The position numbers were made by a program, and so were the translations under genes. A DNA stretch of 63,933 nucleotides, filler included, from Eremomyces bilateralis CBS 781.70 (taxonomy: Eukaryota), in assembly GCA_010015585.1 (NCBI GenBank). It is 6 parts of 6 records of this genome, joined end to end, with 100 filler letters (N's around TTAATTAATTAA, not from the genome) between each part and the next. Parts side by side here need not be neighbours in the genome. Positions count along the whole stretch, not along the records: positions 1 to 14,868 come from ML975208.1; 5 more parts are not named here. The stretch is one strand, 5' to 3'. How positions within the stretch are numbered: the first letter of the stretch is position 1; each line of letters begins with the position of its first letter. The notes beneath the pieces are model-generated. The model ran no database searches. It saw only the letters and a program-made list of their open reading frames with translations, and was not told the DNA's origin. This document shows, piece by piece, positions 1 through 13,610 of this stretch.

Positions 1-3000
1 TAGAATAGATTGATATGGCCTTGGAGAGAGACTTATTGACCGTCCTTGCTCACGCTGATAGCGCCAATGATCGTCGTAAAGGTGATTTAGTCGTAACGTC
101 GATCCAGAGTTTATTATGTCTCGTAGCGTATGATGACATAGAAGACCGTTTATCGTCTCAAAGAGGCCAGAACAGGGATGTCCGCTGCGACCTTGTGTCT
201 GCTCCTTCTAGCGCAGCAGATCCTGCTGTCTAATACGTTCAATTGCTGGTGGCGTAAGAATGTCATAAATGCCGGGAGGCAAGAATGGCATTGACTCTAG
301 TTTATGCTCGAATTTGAGGCGCTGTTTCGAAGAGGCAAGGTCCTTCCTATACTTATTGTATTGATTCTTGATCATTTGCTCAATCCTCTCGACAACGCGG
401 AGTAAGTCGCCTGTTGAAGTCATAAGGTAGTCCTTTAAAACCTTGTGCATTCCTTCAACAGGAGAAGTGGTAATTGTATTATAATGTCGATACCGAGACG
501 TCCAAGCAGCTGCCCACTTAGTGCGTGTATGCCATTGATTTTTGCGTAAGTATTGGCAAAGCTCTTGCTGGTCAGCATAGTCTTTGAGTAACTCGTCCCA
601 CTTTAGCTCAAATGTAAGTACTCCTTTTGCGTAGACAAGCTGCTCTAGTTAGTTCTATAAAAGACTTATAAGAGGCCATTAGAGGTGAGCATACCTGACT
701 CCAACGTTTCATGAATTGAGCCCGTTTCTCAGCGATTCTCTCCTTCTCCTCTTTTGTTGCGCCATCAGCGTCTCGCTAGGTCTTCTGAGCCTTTGTCTGT
801 ACATTCTTGTTAATATGCCATACGCTCATGGAAGGACCATATCCTCCGGGCAACACAGAGGGGACTTAAGGCCTTCGACTCCCTGGCGAGGGTAACTTCA
901 TCGGTATGGGGACCATCCGTCCGGAAATCGAGGCTGCTCTACACAGCGGTTGCACGGCCTATTATGACATACGGCGCCCCTATTTGGGGAGTCTGTCAGC
1001 AGGGTGAGCCAATCTCTGAAGGCAAAATGAAGGACCTAGCTAAGGTTCAGAACAAGTGTCTACGAAAGATCCTAGGGGCTTATAAACGGACACCAATCGC
1101 CGCGCTTGAGAGAGAGGCGGACGTTCCCCCAATCGAACTCTACGTCCAAGAACGGGCCGCCCAAAGAGCAGCATCGACGAATACCCACAAGATCACTACC
1201 CAGATTGAGGGAGCCCTGACGCAAGTCTGGGATACTACTTCTGCTCCCCCGAGACGAACTCGAGGCCGACCCCGCCGTATCCGGTCTAAACCTGAACCCG
1301 CGATAAGTACGCTTCGGACCCAGTATAACAGACTTCTGTTCCCCCGGCCCGAACTAATTAGAGGATATTAGATATAACAGCGAAAAGGCCCGTACCGGAT
1401 GATCCAGGACGAGTATCGAGCGAAATGGAGGGAGAGATAGCAAGCCGAAGCGGCCAGACCAGGAAGGAGAGCAAGGACATGGAAGGACCCGTGGGAAACC
1501 CAGTGCCTTAACCGGTACGACGGCCTTCAGAAACACGAGGCCTCGGCGCTTATGGCACTACGGACTGAGGTAGTTAGAGTTAAAGGATGGCTCGCAAAAA
1601 TTGGTGTCCCTAGAATCCACCCAGCGTGTGAGTGCGGTGCCCCCCGACAGTCTCTCTAGTCTCTACTATCTCCTTGCATTTTGCCCGCAGCGGACCGACC
1701 AGAGGATCGAGCTCCTCTAACGAGCTGGAACAACGGACTTTAAGAGGATATTGCATAACAGGGACAAGGTGCGCCACGCAGCAAGGTGGCTGATCGATGC
1801 GGGAGGCCTAGAGCAATACCGGGTGGCCAAGGAAGTTGAGGAGGAGGTAATAGAGGACTGGAAACCGTTCTAGTTCCTCCACGACGTGCCAGAATAAGCT
1901 CTCCGCGTAGGCGGAAACACCGACTCGTACGGATAGATAATAAACGTTTGAGATAGTCTACTAAAGGGAGGAGGCGGGATTTTATATACCCGCAGCCTCA
2001 GGGCTACGGGGAAACTTTTGCCCGCGGCAGACCAGATAGAATATCGTGCTCATAGACCCGAAAGGGATCCAGATAGTACGTTAAATTGATTCTTATTAAT
2101 ATGCCATACGCATAGGAGTTATGGAACACCTGGAAACAGAGTGCGAGCTACCAGTTTCACCGCATCCTCTTGATCGCTAATGAACACGCGTGGCTGCGGT
2201 GTCCCTGTCTTGAGGAGGAAGTTTGAGATTGCCTAATGGTAATCTGCTTCTTTCTCGCTGTGGAGGAAGCAGAACCCTGTAGAGAAGAAGGTCTATAGAT
2301 TGGTGCAGCCGAGTATATGTAACAGTGGGAGTTTATACTTGTTGGTTCGGTACGTACAGTCCATTAATAGGACGTCGGGATTCGCAAGCAGTAGCTCGAT
2401 CTGCTTCTAGTAGGCAAAGAAGAGGCCTTGTACGTGATAATCCGCATCCTTCTTAACAGTGAAGACCTATTCCGGCGTAGACAGGTCATCTAGTAATGTC
2501 TTAATCGGACTCCTCCTATTTAAGTGCTTCTCTCTAATCGTCTTCCTCTCGTTACGAATATCGGTAGCAGAGACGAGTATTTCCGGATCCTCCTTTTGAA
2601 TAGCAGCCATTATCTGCATCGGACGTACCCTAGCATGTGTCATCGATTCGACTATATCTTTTTATACTGACGTACGTCTGCGATAGACATTATACGTACT
2701 AGGGTTAAGTGATCGGGGGTGGTTATGATGGCTATGTTGAACCTCTAACTTCCACTGGTCGTTGTCGTCTAATACCTTTATCTTAAAGATAACAAGCTTA
2801 AAAGGACATCCTATTGCGCGCGTGCTTGTGCTTCGAACCCTTGCTCTTAACCGATAGTTTCCGGATCGATCGCAGGAGTAGTAGTATCGTGTCTTTACAT
2901 CAGAGTAGTGAGGTCTACTCCGGTTGAGTAGGAAGCCATAGCTATGCTGCATTCCATGGTTCCGAAGAGAATCGTAGGCTTCTTCGTAGGACGCGTAAAG

Positions 3001-3242
3001 GCAATCTAGAGGAGGGGTAATATCCTCTATACTGGGATATCTAAGGAGAGTATCATCTCCGGTATATAGAGATCTTTGAAGAAGGAAAAGAGTAAAGGAT
3101 TCGAAGTTTTGACATTCTCAGGGGAAGACCAAAAAATTTAGCTAATCCTAATTAAGAATTTAATTTCCACCATTGCTAGCGTGGTGGGAAAATAGCATTT
3201 GGTGGGAAAATAACAAAACCTGGTGGGAAAATATCACCAGCC
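1..3242 (-). mobile_element. MULE (Mutator-like) DNA transposon, 5' part, RIP-degraded, interrupted by a LINE
   Basis: Minus-strand FAR1-like DNA-binding motif (YSCDRSG...GCPFKL...HSHHNH, 2662-2952), DDE region (DVLLMDCTYRTNKYKLPLL; VFISDQE), CxxH motif LLCVWHINKN and TTSPVEGMHKVLK. Several TAG/TAA stops. Terminus with repeated GGTGGGAAAATA ending ...ATCACCAGCC at 3242. Confidence 0.85.
826..2088 (+). mobile_element. 5'-truncated Tad1-like LINE (RT C-terminus, Zn-knuckle, 3'UTR)
   Basis: YGAPIW...VQNKCLRKILGAYKRTPIAALEREA (964-1371) and a downstream CECGAPRQ...FCP zinc finger. Flanked by a 23-bp TSD ATTCTT(G/A)TTAATATGCCATACGC at 803-825 and 2089-2111. Confidence 0.85.
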
Positions 3243-3344
3243 CATCAAGATTCCTCTGTCATAGTTACCTTGTACTCTTCATCTTAATCTAGAATATCTT
3301 TGGCTACGCGTATGTTGTGTACATCCAGCTACCGTGCCGTAACA
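3243..3344. repeat. Partial LTR (family A), cut by the MULE terminus
   Basis: Aligns to 32461-32561 (CATCAAGATTCCTCTGTCA...CCGTGCCGTAACA). Confidence 0.75.
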
Positions 3345-3446
3345 ACAGCTCTCCTAAGGACTACCCTCCAAAGACTTATAGGAATGATCGGGATGATGGA
3401 AACTCTAGAATAATCTTGTATTCTATAGATGACGTTTAAGGGGGAG

Positions 3447-3621
3447 TGTTGGATATTGTCGCAGGCCAAGGCATGAGCTCTAGGAGTCCAAGGCTACAAA
3501 CTGCATTAATAATCTTGCCGTGACTCTCGTATATCTGTAGGGCCGGGGGGCCAGGCATTCAGCTAGAACACACAACTTACACACAACACAACAATACAAC
3601 AACTTCGCTGCTGGAACAACA
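3447..3621 (+). repeat. 3' LTR of an LTR retrotransposon, preceded by a PPT
   Basis: AAGGGGGAG polypurine tract immediately before TGTTGG...AACA. Confidence 0.6.
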
Positions 3622-3666
3622 GCACCTCACTCCCAACCATTTTAGCACATCACGTGCGACAGATAT

Positions 3667-3850
3667 TGTCGGAACTCCGCGGCTATTACTTAGTCACCGC
3701 ACCTTGTAGATTACATAAGATTACATAAGCCTGGGTATATATACCCGTCAAGGTAAACTATGTACTTCTGACCGAATACAAGCATCTCACTGCCTCTGAA
3801 CAGGTATCCTATTGTTTCCGTGATTGATTGACACGCCAAAACGATCAACA
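3667..3850. repeat. LTR-like repeat (same family as 7165-7331)
   Basis: TGTCGG...CGATCAACA termini and clear similarity to 7165-7331. No TSD seen. Confidence 0.7.
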
Positions 3851-4251
3851 AATCTAGCTTATTTTAACCTTCGCATATCTCGCGCCTTACAACAAGGTCT
3901 CTGTATTCTGAACAGTTCCTCCTCTCCGTCGTTTAAATTTCTCGTCGATAAGGCGATCAATATTATCAAGGAGTTTGACATTCTCGGTCTTGTAAATTTT
4001 CTTCACGGCCAAATACTGTGGTTGGCAATACTTGTGACTAACGGCATGATGAGACACCCTGATCACACACCCTTCTCACTGCTACATCAAACATATTCGA
4101 CAAATTGGCTTCTATCATTTTTTGATCATGGACAATAAGCTCATCGAGAGATTTCATGTGTGACTGTTATCCTGGTAGCGCTGCTTCCACTGATCGATAT
4201 AAATCGATATTTGGGGCTTCAGGGTACGCGTTGCCCAGATGTGAACGTTTT

Positions 4252-4423
4252 TGTGATGGATCAGAGGTCCGCAGACCTGGATGCCTTGTGGCCTTGTGGC
4301 CCGTTTGCTCTGTAAACACCAGAACAGATAAACGCCTCGCACACCTTAGATAGATTCCTCCTTCATAGCAACAATTCAATGTTTGCCTCACGATTGGAGA
4401 TTCCCGACAGTGAGACTCTTACA
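4252..4423. repeat. Solo LTR (family B)
   Basis: TGTGATGGATCAGAGG...ACTCTTACA, with copies at 28677-28844 and 37664-37749 (partial). Confidence 0.8.
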
Positions 4424-5021
4424 CGTCTCTCTCATCGCCACTGTACTTAGCCATCAATAGAGAACTCTTCTCCATCAATGTTTCCACCCGCGGCGACGTG
4501 GACGCGTAAAGTTGGACTTCGCGGGCTATCGAAAGAAATACCTAGTTATAAAGAACCGGAATTACCGAACTAACGAATTAAGATACTAGAACCCTATCGA
4601 TCCTTGTTAGCGTATAGATCGGATAAACAGGAGTCGGAATTCGAGCCGCAGGCTTAGCGAGAGATATAAAATATGGCCGACACCCCGCAGATATAATACA
4701 CGGGAGTATACCCAGAAGACAAGCGGCAAGAGATCCGTTAAGGGGAAAAGCCTATTAAAGCAGGCACTAAGAGAAAGATCCTAAAGTTAGATCCGAAGAA
4801 CCAGTCAAGGACTCCCCAAGTGATTATACTCGTCTGTAATTTTGAGTCCAAACATTATCCTCTCTATCATGAGCAGTCTAAGCGCGTACGACTTCAATAT
4901 AATGCTCTACCACGTTATCCGCCATTCCCTTTAATTATCCCCCGCTCGAAATAATCCCCCGTATTATAATACTTCCATCAACAAGATCTCAAAATACCTC
5001 CTCTTTCCTCCGCTTCCTCAC

Positions 5022-6774
5022 TCACACCGACCACGCTCTAAATAGCAGCGAAAGAAACGAGAACGACCACGTTCCGTATCCCATCGTCACGCCCCGCGAC
5101 GCTGCACCCGACGGTTTGGTCAAGGGTGCCGTAGGTCGCGAAGTTGAAGGATTGCTGGTTCCGTTGGATGGGCTGCCGGTAGAACTAGCGCCGCCTGCTG
5201 GAGCGCCGCTTGTGCCGCTAGAACCGTTTCCACTGCCCGTACCGCTTCCAATGCCGCTACCAGTGCGACTGCCAGTGCCTCTTCCGCTGTCAGAGCCACT
5301 TCCAGTGCCAGTACCGCTTCCGCTACCAGTGCCGGCTGGGATCCCTGGATTCTCTTGTCCAGATCCCGATCCTGATCCAGTACCAGGAGTAGCTCCAGCT
5401 ACCGGCGCCTCTCCACCAATCGCACTAATGATGAACCCCGCCAGCGAATCGCTCGGTGCCGCAGCGCCCGGCGCAGCGGGTGCAGCGGGTGCAGCGAGTG
5501 CAGCTCCGGGAGGGATCCCGGCATCGTTCCCTGGGTTCGCGGGGGCGTTGGATGCTGGTTCTGCGGCGGGTTGCGCTGGAACGGAGTTGGCGGGCGGGTT
5601 TGGGTTGCCGCCGGGGTTGAGGAGAGAGGCGATGATGCTGCCGACGTCGTCGCTGGGAGAGGGTTGTTGGGGCTGGGGGGATGGGGCGGGTTGTCCGGGC
5701 TGGGGGGATGGTGTAGGTTGTTCGGGCTGCAGCGATGGTGTAGGTTGTTCAGGCTGAGGTGTTGGCTCGGGTTGGGGTGGTACGACTGTTGGCGGCAGTG
5801 GTGTAGGCTCAGGACCGGGATTCTCCGAGTTGCCTGGAGGCGTTGGTTCGATGGAGTCGTCGAAGCTGACGCTCGTCTCGGTTAGGAAGCCGACGGTATG
5901 AATAGGTTGGACAGGATGGACTCCAGTCTGATTACAGTCGGTATAGGTTGCCAGCTCTGGGAAGAGCTCGGTATATAACCCGAGTCCATTCCTCTCCCAC
6001 TTTTCGACCAAGGTATACGTAAGTCCAAGAGTGTCGTCAGATTTAGGATACTTGTGTCTGATGGTCGACAAGACGGGCAAACAGGTAGTAGCATCGGAGC
6101 CAACCGGCCAGGCGGAGATAGATGGTCCATATGCAGATGACATACAGCTTTCCCAAAGAACTTCGTCCTCTAGCCAGGTATAATAATCAGTTACCCCTGG
6201 GTATGGCGGATGAGATTTCAGTGTTAGGGTGGTACCCCCTTCTGGCGCTGTAATGCATATTGGGGCGGTATCCTTTAGACCTCCCGATGTCGTCGACGAT
6301 ATATTAAGGGTCCCCCCCCAGGAATACGACTCGTTATAGTCCCACCAAAGGGACGGATAGGTGATAACCTTCGTTGTATTAACCCCATTATACCCTTCGT
6401 AGGTGAACGTATTGACAACGGTCCCCCCTACATTGGTTGGCGGGGGTGTAATATCCGCGGGTAACGTGTTCGTTATAGTTGTGGTCTTCGTCGTGTTCGT
6501 GCGGTTGTTCACGATATATATAACCGTGGCCAGAGTAATGTTCCTAGTGATTGTAACCGGCACCCATACCCAAGAGGTAAGGTCAGGTGGGCCGACTGAG
6601 CAGTTAGCTGAACACGATGATTCGGGGCCAGGAGTTATGGTCATAGAGCTAGAGACATTATAGGACACTGTTTCACGGTTAGCTAACTCTTTGCCCGAAG
6701 GGTTCATTTTCACACATACACTCGGCATTAGCGAGTGCGAGAGAACTGGCGAGAAAGACTATAAATAAATCCAT
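5022..6774 (-). CDS. Secreted, probably GPI-anchored Pro/Gly/Ser/Thr-rich cell-surface protein (~566 aa, 2 exons)
   Basis: Exon 1 6774-6720 encodes signal peptide MDLFIVFLASSLALANAE. Intron 6719-6668 (GTATGT...GCTAAC...CAG) joins in frame to the 568-aa ORF. Cys-containing N-domain, PQPEQPTPS repeats, GSGSGT stalk and hydrophobic C-terminus (SGAASRG...WSFSFLSLLF). Confidence 0.8.
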
Positions 6775-7164
6775 TGCTCAAATAACACCCGTACCAACAC
6801 TTCTATATGAACAAATAACTGGATCTAACGATAAATAAGAGAAGAGACGTGACAAAACACAAAAGGGCGCCGGCAATAATATGGGAGATCCGATATTGAA
6901 TCAAGAATCGCTTGATTTTAGCAGGGGATAGTAGGTGTCATCAGCAATATGGAAGGGACCTCATAACTAGTGGCAAAGGATCTAGGATTTGGGTACGGAT
7001 AGAGCGGTTTATATAGACATAGGTGAGACAGTTTGACCGCGGAGGTTGTGAGAACCACTTCCATTTATTATAAAGCTAAAGAAGGGGAACTATCGATTGA
7101 TTGATTGGTTGGTTGGTTAATTATTCCTACACCGGCCAGCAGGGCCCCCAGGCCTGTCTGTAAT

Positions 7165-7331
7165 TGTCGGGAATCAGAGGTTTATTTAGTCATCCCATTC
7201 TGTACATTACATAATCCTGGGTATATCTACCCTGCCATGTATCCTACTTCTTACACAAATAAGCATCTCGCTGCCTCTGAATAGGTACCCTATTGCTTCC
7301 ATGATTAATTGACACGCCAAATCGATCAACA
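7165..7331. repeat. Solo LTR with 5-bp TSD
   Basis: TG...CA termini, flanked by GTAAT at 7160-7164 and 7332-7336. Confidence 0.85.
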
Positions 7332-7385
7332 GTAATTGATTGATTGATTGATGGGAGATGCTGCTGTTATGGTTCCAGGCCTGTG

Positions 7386-10300
7386 TGTTGAAGGGGTGAT
7401 TAGTCAACCGCATCTGGGTGCGGATTATATAGCCTGCAGACTTCCCACCTTTCTAGGCTGTTCATAAATTGAAAACTAAGGATCATATTGTACACCAAAT
7501 ATCAGGTTATGAGCCCAAATTTGCGCAAGCTACGCTAAAATCGGCTAAGTGGAAGACCTTCGACACTTAGCGTTTCAGAACTAATTTAAAGACACTTCTT
7601 AGATGATCGAGACTACGCCTCCCGGAAGATAAGGCCTAAACGATGTCTCGGGGATCTAGTACGATCGGAGATACCAAAATGTATACAACGGAGACAGACT
7701 CTGAATCCGACAAATGCCGGAGGTGTCGGGATTCGGATTCCGTACAGTATTAGCTGTCGAAATCCGTACTTCCGGTGTCAGGTTTCGGATTCCGAACAGT
7801 ACCAGTGTCGGGATTTATAACCCCGATATCAGGACCTAGACTTCCTATAATACTGAAGGATCTAACACAGATATTAGACCCATCCTCGAATTGCCTAACT
7901 CTCAACGCCTGCATTACACAACATAATTCATCGATTCTTTAGATTCACAGAATATTCGAGAATAGCATTAAGAAGGCACGTAAGAATGGAAGCCAAGGGT
8001 TCGACCAATAGCCTAGAGCAACTAGTGCCGGTCTTAGAGTCACCGGCTCAGTAGAACAATTAGGACAGGGCCATAAGGGATTTCCTAACGATTTAGGGAT
8101 TCGCGCGACTGTTGAAAGGAAGCGCTAGTCAGCCCGTAAGAAAGACGGGAGAAGCAGAGACAGACTTCTAGAAGAGAGTGGAACACTAGGAGGACCTCCA
8201 GCTGAAAGCATGTAGAGTGGTGCTTAGTAGGCTCGGTTACACTGGGAGGAAGTAGTTAGAGATAGAATTCGACGACGTAAACGGCATTGAATCAGCCGTA
8301 GAAGGCGCACCGTCGACTGCCTCGGACACGGTAATAGCAACACCGCCAACATCTGAGGATGCTCGCAAGCCGGCTATGACGATCCAGCGCATCCTTAACC
8401 GCGTCAAAGTTGAATATCAACCCACAGGCACCGCCGTATTCATCTCCTTAGACCGCCGCTTTAACAGTCTCTCCCTCAGTGACTGTAAAGACGTGATGGA
8501 CTTTGCTCAGCAACTTCGGAAGGCCCGGAATAAGCTGCTCCAACTACATAAGTCCGTCACTCTGGGTGATCCGTTCCTTATCATTCGCTTCCTAGAAGGC
8601 CTCGGCCCGAATTATGCCATCTTTCGTACAAGTTTCTACCAGAACTACCCGATTATCCCGGCGACGTCAATCAAAGACGGAAGGGGCAGTCTAACCGTTA
8701 AATTTGACGATATTATACTGCTAGCAAGTAAAGAGGAAGACGGCTTAAAGCAGGAAGAGAGTAGATCAGCACTCCTAACCAGGCGCGGGCAAGATAAAAA
8801 TCAGAAACCCAACTATGGTTAAGGAGGATCTGGAAAGTCAAAATGCGGTCACTGCAACAAGTTTCATCAGGGAGGTCGGGAACAATGCTGGTCTCTCCAC
8901 CCAGAGCTGGCGCCTACATAGTACCAGCCGAGAAACGAGAACGGAAGTACGCGTATCGGCCAGAAGAGGGAGCGCTCTAAGAAACCTAGGGACGATGAAC
9001 AGATGCCAGCTAAGCTGGCCCATATAGGGTTGCGTATGCTGATGACAGGAAAGTCTTATACCGCCACCATATTGGCTGATGTATGGGTACTGCACTCCGG
9101 CTACGCCCAACACATTACCCACAGGCGCGAGGACCTTATCTCCCTTCAACCTTACAAAGGGGAGGCAGTCTCGGGGTTTGATGAGTTAAAGATCATGCCA
9201 TCCGGAGTCGGCTGCATAAAGATTAACACCAACCAAAAAGGGAAATGCATACCGATGATACTGTCGGATGTCCTCTACATCCCGGAGATCAAAGTGAACC
9301 TGATATCAATTTCCCAACTCCTTAAGCGCGGATATAATATCAAATTCAGTAAGAAAGGCGCTGAAATATCCTACCACAATAGCAGGTACTCTGCAATCCC
9401 GAAGAATGGTCTCTATATTCCGAACATATGGAAACAAGACCTGCCACTCAAACATACGCTATTGGCTTACAGCATCGAAGATCCACGTCTCCGAGTTTGG
9501 TACTATCGAATGGGACATCTCGGAGAAGGAAGCCTGAGAGCCCTGGAGAGCATGTTAACCGGAATGGACCATACGCCATCAACCGACTGCCTTTATAAGG
9601 AGTGCGTACAAGGTCGGATGCGGGAAAAACTACATAAACACCCGATGAAAAGAGGCGAATACCCCATAGAATTCTTATACGTAGACTGCTCTAGGCCTTT
9701 CAGAACTACAGCACGCGACGGATCCCGATATTGGGTGGTAATCACTGACGACTATACTTTAATGGCAACGGCAAAAGGTATTAGGCAGAAGGACCATGCG
9801 ATCGCAATACTGAAGCACTTTATAGAACACAACGAACGCGGCTCTCGCAAAGTACGTCGGATTCGAATTAACCAAGGAGAACTTAACTTAAATAAGCTCT
9901 TCGACTAGTACTATAACCGGGGCATCGAATTAGAGCGTAATACCACTAAAGAAAGCCAGCAAAATGGTATAGCAGAATCGATGAACCGAGTCCTGATAGA
10001 TAAGCTTCATCCGACCATACTGGCAAGTAGTATCCCAATGGAATACTGGCCTGAGGTTTTAGAGACAATTATATACCTCCGTAATCGAAGTCCTAGCCAA
10101 CGAATCGGAAAAACACCCTACGAAGCTTGGCATAGAGAAAAACCAGACCTGTCGAATATCCGAATGCTTAGATGCACCGCTCACGTGCTTAAGGCAAAAG
10201 GTGACAGAAAGAAACTGGTCGATGTTAAAACTCGAGAGGGAAGACTGATTGGATACGACGGAGACGTCATCTATAAGATCCTAATGCCCTTAGGCAATGT

Positions 10301-13179
10301 CATTCGCGCTTCTAACGTTGTCTTTAATGAGAAGCGCCCTTACCTCGGCCTTGAAGACCTACCACCTCCGAAACGGAGGAACATACAGCCTAAACCTCCT
10401 CCTCCGGTGGCTGATACAGGGGGAGACTATGTTCTCATCGAACCGGAAGTACATCCACCACCGAAGGCTACGCAGCCAGATGAAGACACAATGCAGCAGC
10501 AAGCCAGTGATCAGCTACAGGAAGAGCTCCGCCATGAAATCGGACGGCAAGCCGAAAACACAGGATCAGAACCTGTTCCAGTTCGGGTCTCTGTGCGAAG
10601 TAACAAGGGCCAACTGCCACAGAGGTATGCACTTATTACGGCTTTCCTTTCAGCAGCCGTCGCTACGTCAGAACCGTACGAACCACGAAGTCTCTAGGAA
10701 GCCCAATTAGACGACAACTAGTAGCCCTACTAGCAGCAAGCAATGCGACTTGAGCTTGATTCGCTTCTCGAGAATGGCACCTAGACCCTAGTAGATATAC
10801 CCATTGATAGCAGAAGAGTACTCCGTGGCAAGTAGGTGTACAAACTCAAACGCGGCCCTATAGGAGAAATTATTCGATAGAAGGCGCGCTGGGTAGTTCG
10901 AGGTTTTAATCAAAAAGAAGGGATCGACTACTATGACACCTTTACATCCGTGGTCAAGCCGATGAGCTATAAGGCCCTGTTCGCAATTGCTGCAGCATTG
11001 GATCTAGAAATCGAGTATATGGATATTAAGACCACCTTCCTCTACGGAGACATTAATGAAGAAATATACGTCGAATAACCTGCGGGCCTGGATGACGGGA
11101 CAAAGAGAGTCTGCCGGCTCAACAAGGCCTTGTACGGTCTGAAACAGTCACCCAGAATCTGGTACTTCACACTTGCAAACTTCCTTAAGAAACACGGTTT
11201 TCGACCTCTGTCCTCGGACCTCGCACTGTTTACCAAAGGAAATACATACGTGGCGGCCTATATCGATGATCTTCTAATTATAGGACCTTCTAAACCAGAG
11301 ATCGAACAACTTAAATTAGCACTAAGCGGTCGCTTCAAGATGACAGATATAGGCCCCTGTCGATTCTACCTTAGTATGGAAATCACAAGAGATCGACGTA
11401 ACCGTGTTCTGAGGATCAATCAACGGGGCTATCTGGAAAAGGTGCTAAGAGAATTCGGCATGTGGGATTATAACCCAGCCCCTACTCCGATGTATACGAA
11501 GCTCCAGCCAGCACCCGAAGGCCATATGGCCACGGAATCCGAATAGAGGGAGTACTCCAAACGAATCGGGTCCCTGATGTACGCAATGTTAGGATCTAGG
11601 CCCGATCTGGCCTTCTCCGTCTCTATTGCAAGCAGGTACATGTTAAACCCAACTTCAGAGCATGAAAAGGCAGTCAAACGTATCTTCCGCTACTTAAGAG
11701 GAACACTTGATTACGAACTCGTCTTCCGCGGAGATTTGAGACCACTCCAAGGCTTTACTGACTCCGACTTTGCCGGTAACATAGAAACGCGGCGGTTAAC
11801 CGCTGGCTATGTCTTCAACATCGGAAGTAGAGTAATCAGCTGGTAGTCGAAGCGACAGCCAACAGTAGCGCTTTCGACTTGCGAAGCAGAATATATAGGA
11901 TACACCCAAGCTACAAAAGAAGCCGTATAGCTGCAGGGATTACTGTCAGAGCTGCTTAGTAATAAGGAGCTGGCAACGCCGATAATATACGGCGATAATC
12001 AGGGAGTAATTACATTAGCTAAGAACCCACAATTCCACTCGCGGACGAAATACATTACTATTTAAGAGTATTATATACGTCAAAAGCTTGCGGAAGGGGC
12101 AGTAGACCTACAATATATAGGAACTAATAAACAGGTGGCAGATGGGCTAACTAAGGCTTTATCAGGAGACGCCTTTAGAAAGTTCCGATCGGCTCTGGGT
12201 CTAGAGAAGGTTACCCCTCGCGGTTAGTCCGGAGCTAGTAGGAGTAAACTCCTGATACTTACAAGGACATCTTAAATAAACCTATTACGGTTAGTTTAGA
12301 GCCGGTAGGAGCTAGCTCCGGATACCCAAAGGGCCTCTTAAACAAAACCCATCGCGATCAACAAGGATTCCGGTCGGCTCTAGGACAAAACCTATCGCGA
12401 TTAACAAGGATTCCGATCGGCTCTAGGANNNNNNNNNNNNNNNNNNNNNNNNNNNNNNNNNNNNNNNNAAGGATTCCGGTCGGCTCTAGGACAAAACCTA
12501 TCGCGATTAACAAGGATTCCGATCGGCTCTAGGAAAAACCTATCACGATCAACAAGGACTTATATTGCCTACTGCCTAAAAACCTAGAAAGGTTGCCAGC
12601 CACCTCAGGAGTCACCATGGGCCCTACAATAGACAGGCACCTGATCAAAATTACAAACCTGACCATTGCGAAACTCTCCTGGAAGGACTAGGTACACGCA
12701 GTCAGACCGACGAATAACGGACAATCGATCCCAAAATCCAGACACAGATCCCTAGCTATAAAACTAGGAAGGTCAAGGCACAGGAGCTCTCAAAAGTAGC
12801 TCGTGTCAAAATTAGATGTCAGACAACACTGGGAATTGATGAAGATGGTCAAAAGAGCTCGGAGAGACTGACGGTAACTGGGTCCTTCGGAGTAGGCAAT
12901 CAGGCAAGAACTTGTAAAGCTTAATAGTTAGCGAGTACGTTAATCCAATGACAATGTCAGCTGACTGGTCATTTTGGAAACGAACAACTCTGGCTATTTG
13001 GAGCACAAGAATATCCTTAGATTTGAACAGCTGAGTAAGGCAGATGCGTTTGGGTGGGAGTGTTGAAGGGGTGATTAGTCAACCGCATCTGGGTGAGGAT
13101 TATATAGCCTGCAGACTTCCCACCTTTCTAGGCTGTTTATCAATCGACAACTAAGGATCATATTGTACACCAAATATCA
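7386..13179 (+). mobile_element. Ty1/Copia retrotransposon, full length but RIP-inactivated
   Basis: 119-bp LTRs at 7386-7504 and 13061-13179. GGTTATGAGCCC follows the 5' LTR and the PPT GGGTGGGAG precedes the 3' LTR. Gag, protease, GAG-pre-integrase, rve, RT (LYGLKQSPR, YIDD) and RNase H (FTDSDFAG) occur in Copia order with many TAG stops. Flanks do not form a TSD. Confidence 0.9.
12340..12560. repeat. ~43-bp tandem repeat in the Copia 3'UTR, spanning an assembly gap
   Basis: Repeated AACAAGGATTCCG(G/A)TCGGCTCTAGGACAAAACCTATCGCGAT around a 40-N gap at 12429-12468. Confidence 0.8.
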
Positions 13180-13610
13180 CATCGAGCCTCCACCAGGAGC
13201 ATACCTGTGTTTCCCCTCTATCGACTGGCCTGTAACTCCAGTTCCGTAAGCTGTCGTGCTTGTCGCGCCCGGTGAGCTCGTGTCGTTATGGTATTAACAG
13301 GTTCCGATAGAGGGGCCTTAACAAGCGCTCCCGTTGCGAAGAGGCCCTCCGGCCTTAACAGAGTTCGCCTAGATTTATACAAGTTAGCCTTAACGAGTTC
13401 TTTAGAATTAGGATTGTTCTAAACCCTCGCTACACGCAGCTCGTTGCTCACGCATAACCCCAGAGTAGGCGAGCCTGAGGGTGTCCTGTTAGAGGCCTAG
13501 GACGCGTCCTCATCCACCTAATAATAAGTCAGGCTTCCGGATCCAGCTGCGAGCTAGATAGACCCCTATCGGATGGTTTTCGTATCCCTTTGTATCCCTC
13601 AAGAGGCCTC

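Noticed and set aside
1900..2088. Hairpins in the LINE 3'UTR (CCGCGTAGGCGG, GACCCGAAAGGGATC) as a possible ribozyme
   Set aside because: No hammerhead CUGANGA core or HDV fold could be identified. They are more likely ordinary LINE 3' recognition stems.
5116..5885. Plus-strand ORFs of 213 and 104 aa
   Set aside because: They are antisense shadows of the GC-rich repeat region of the GPI protein gene.
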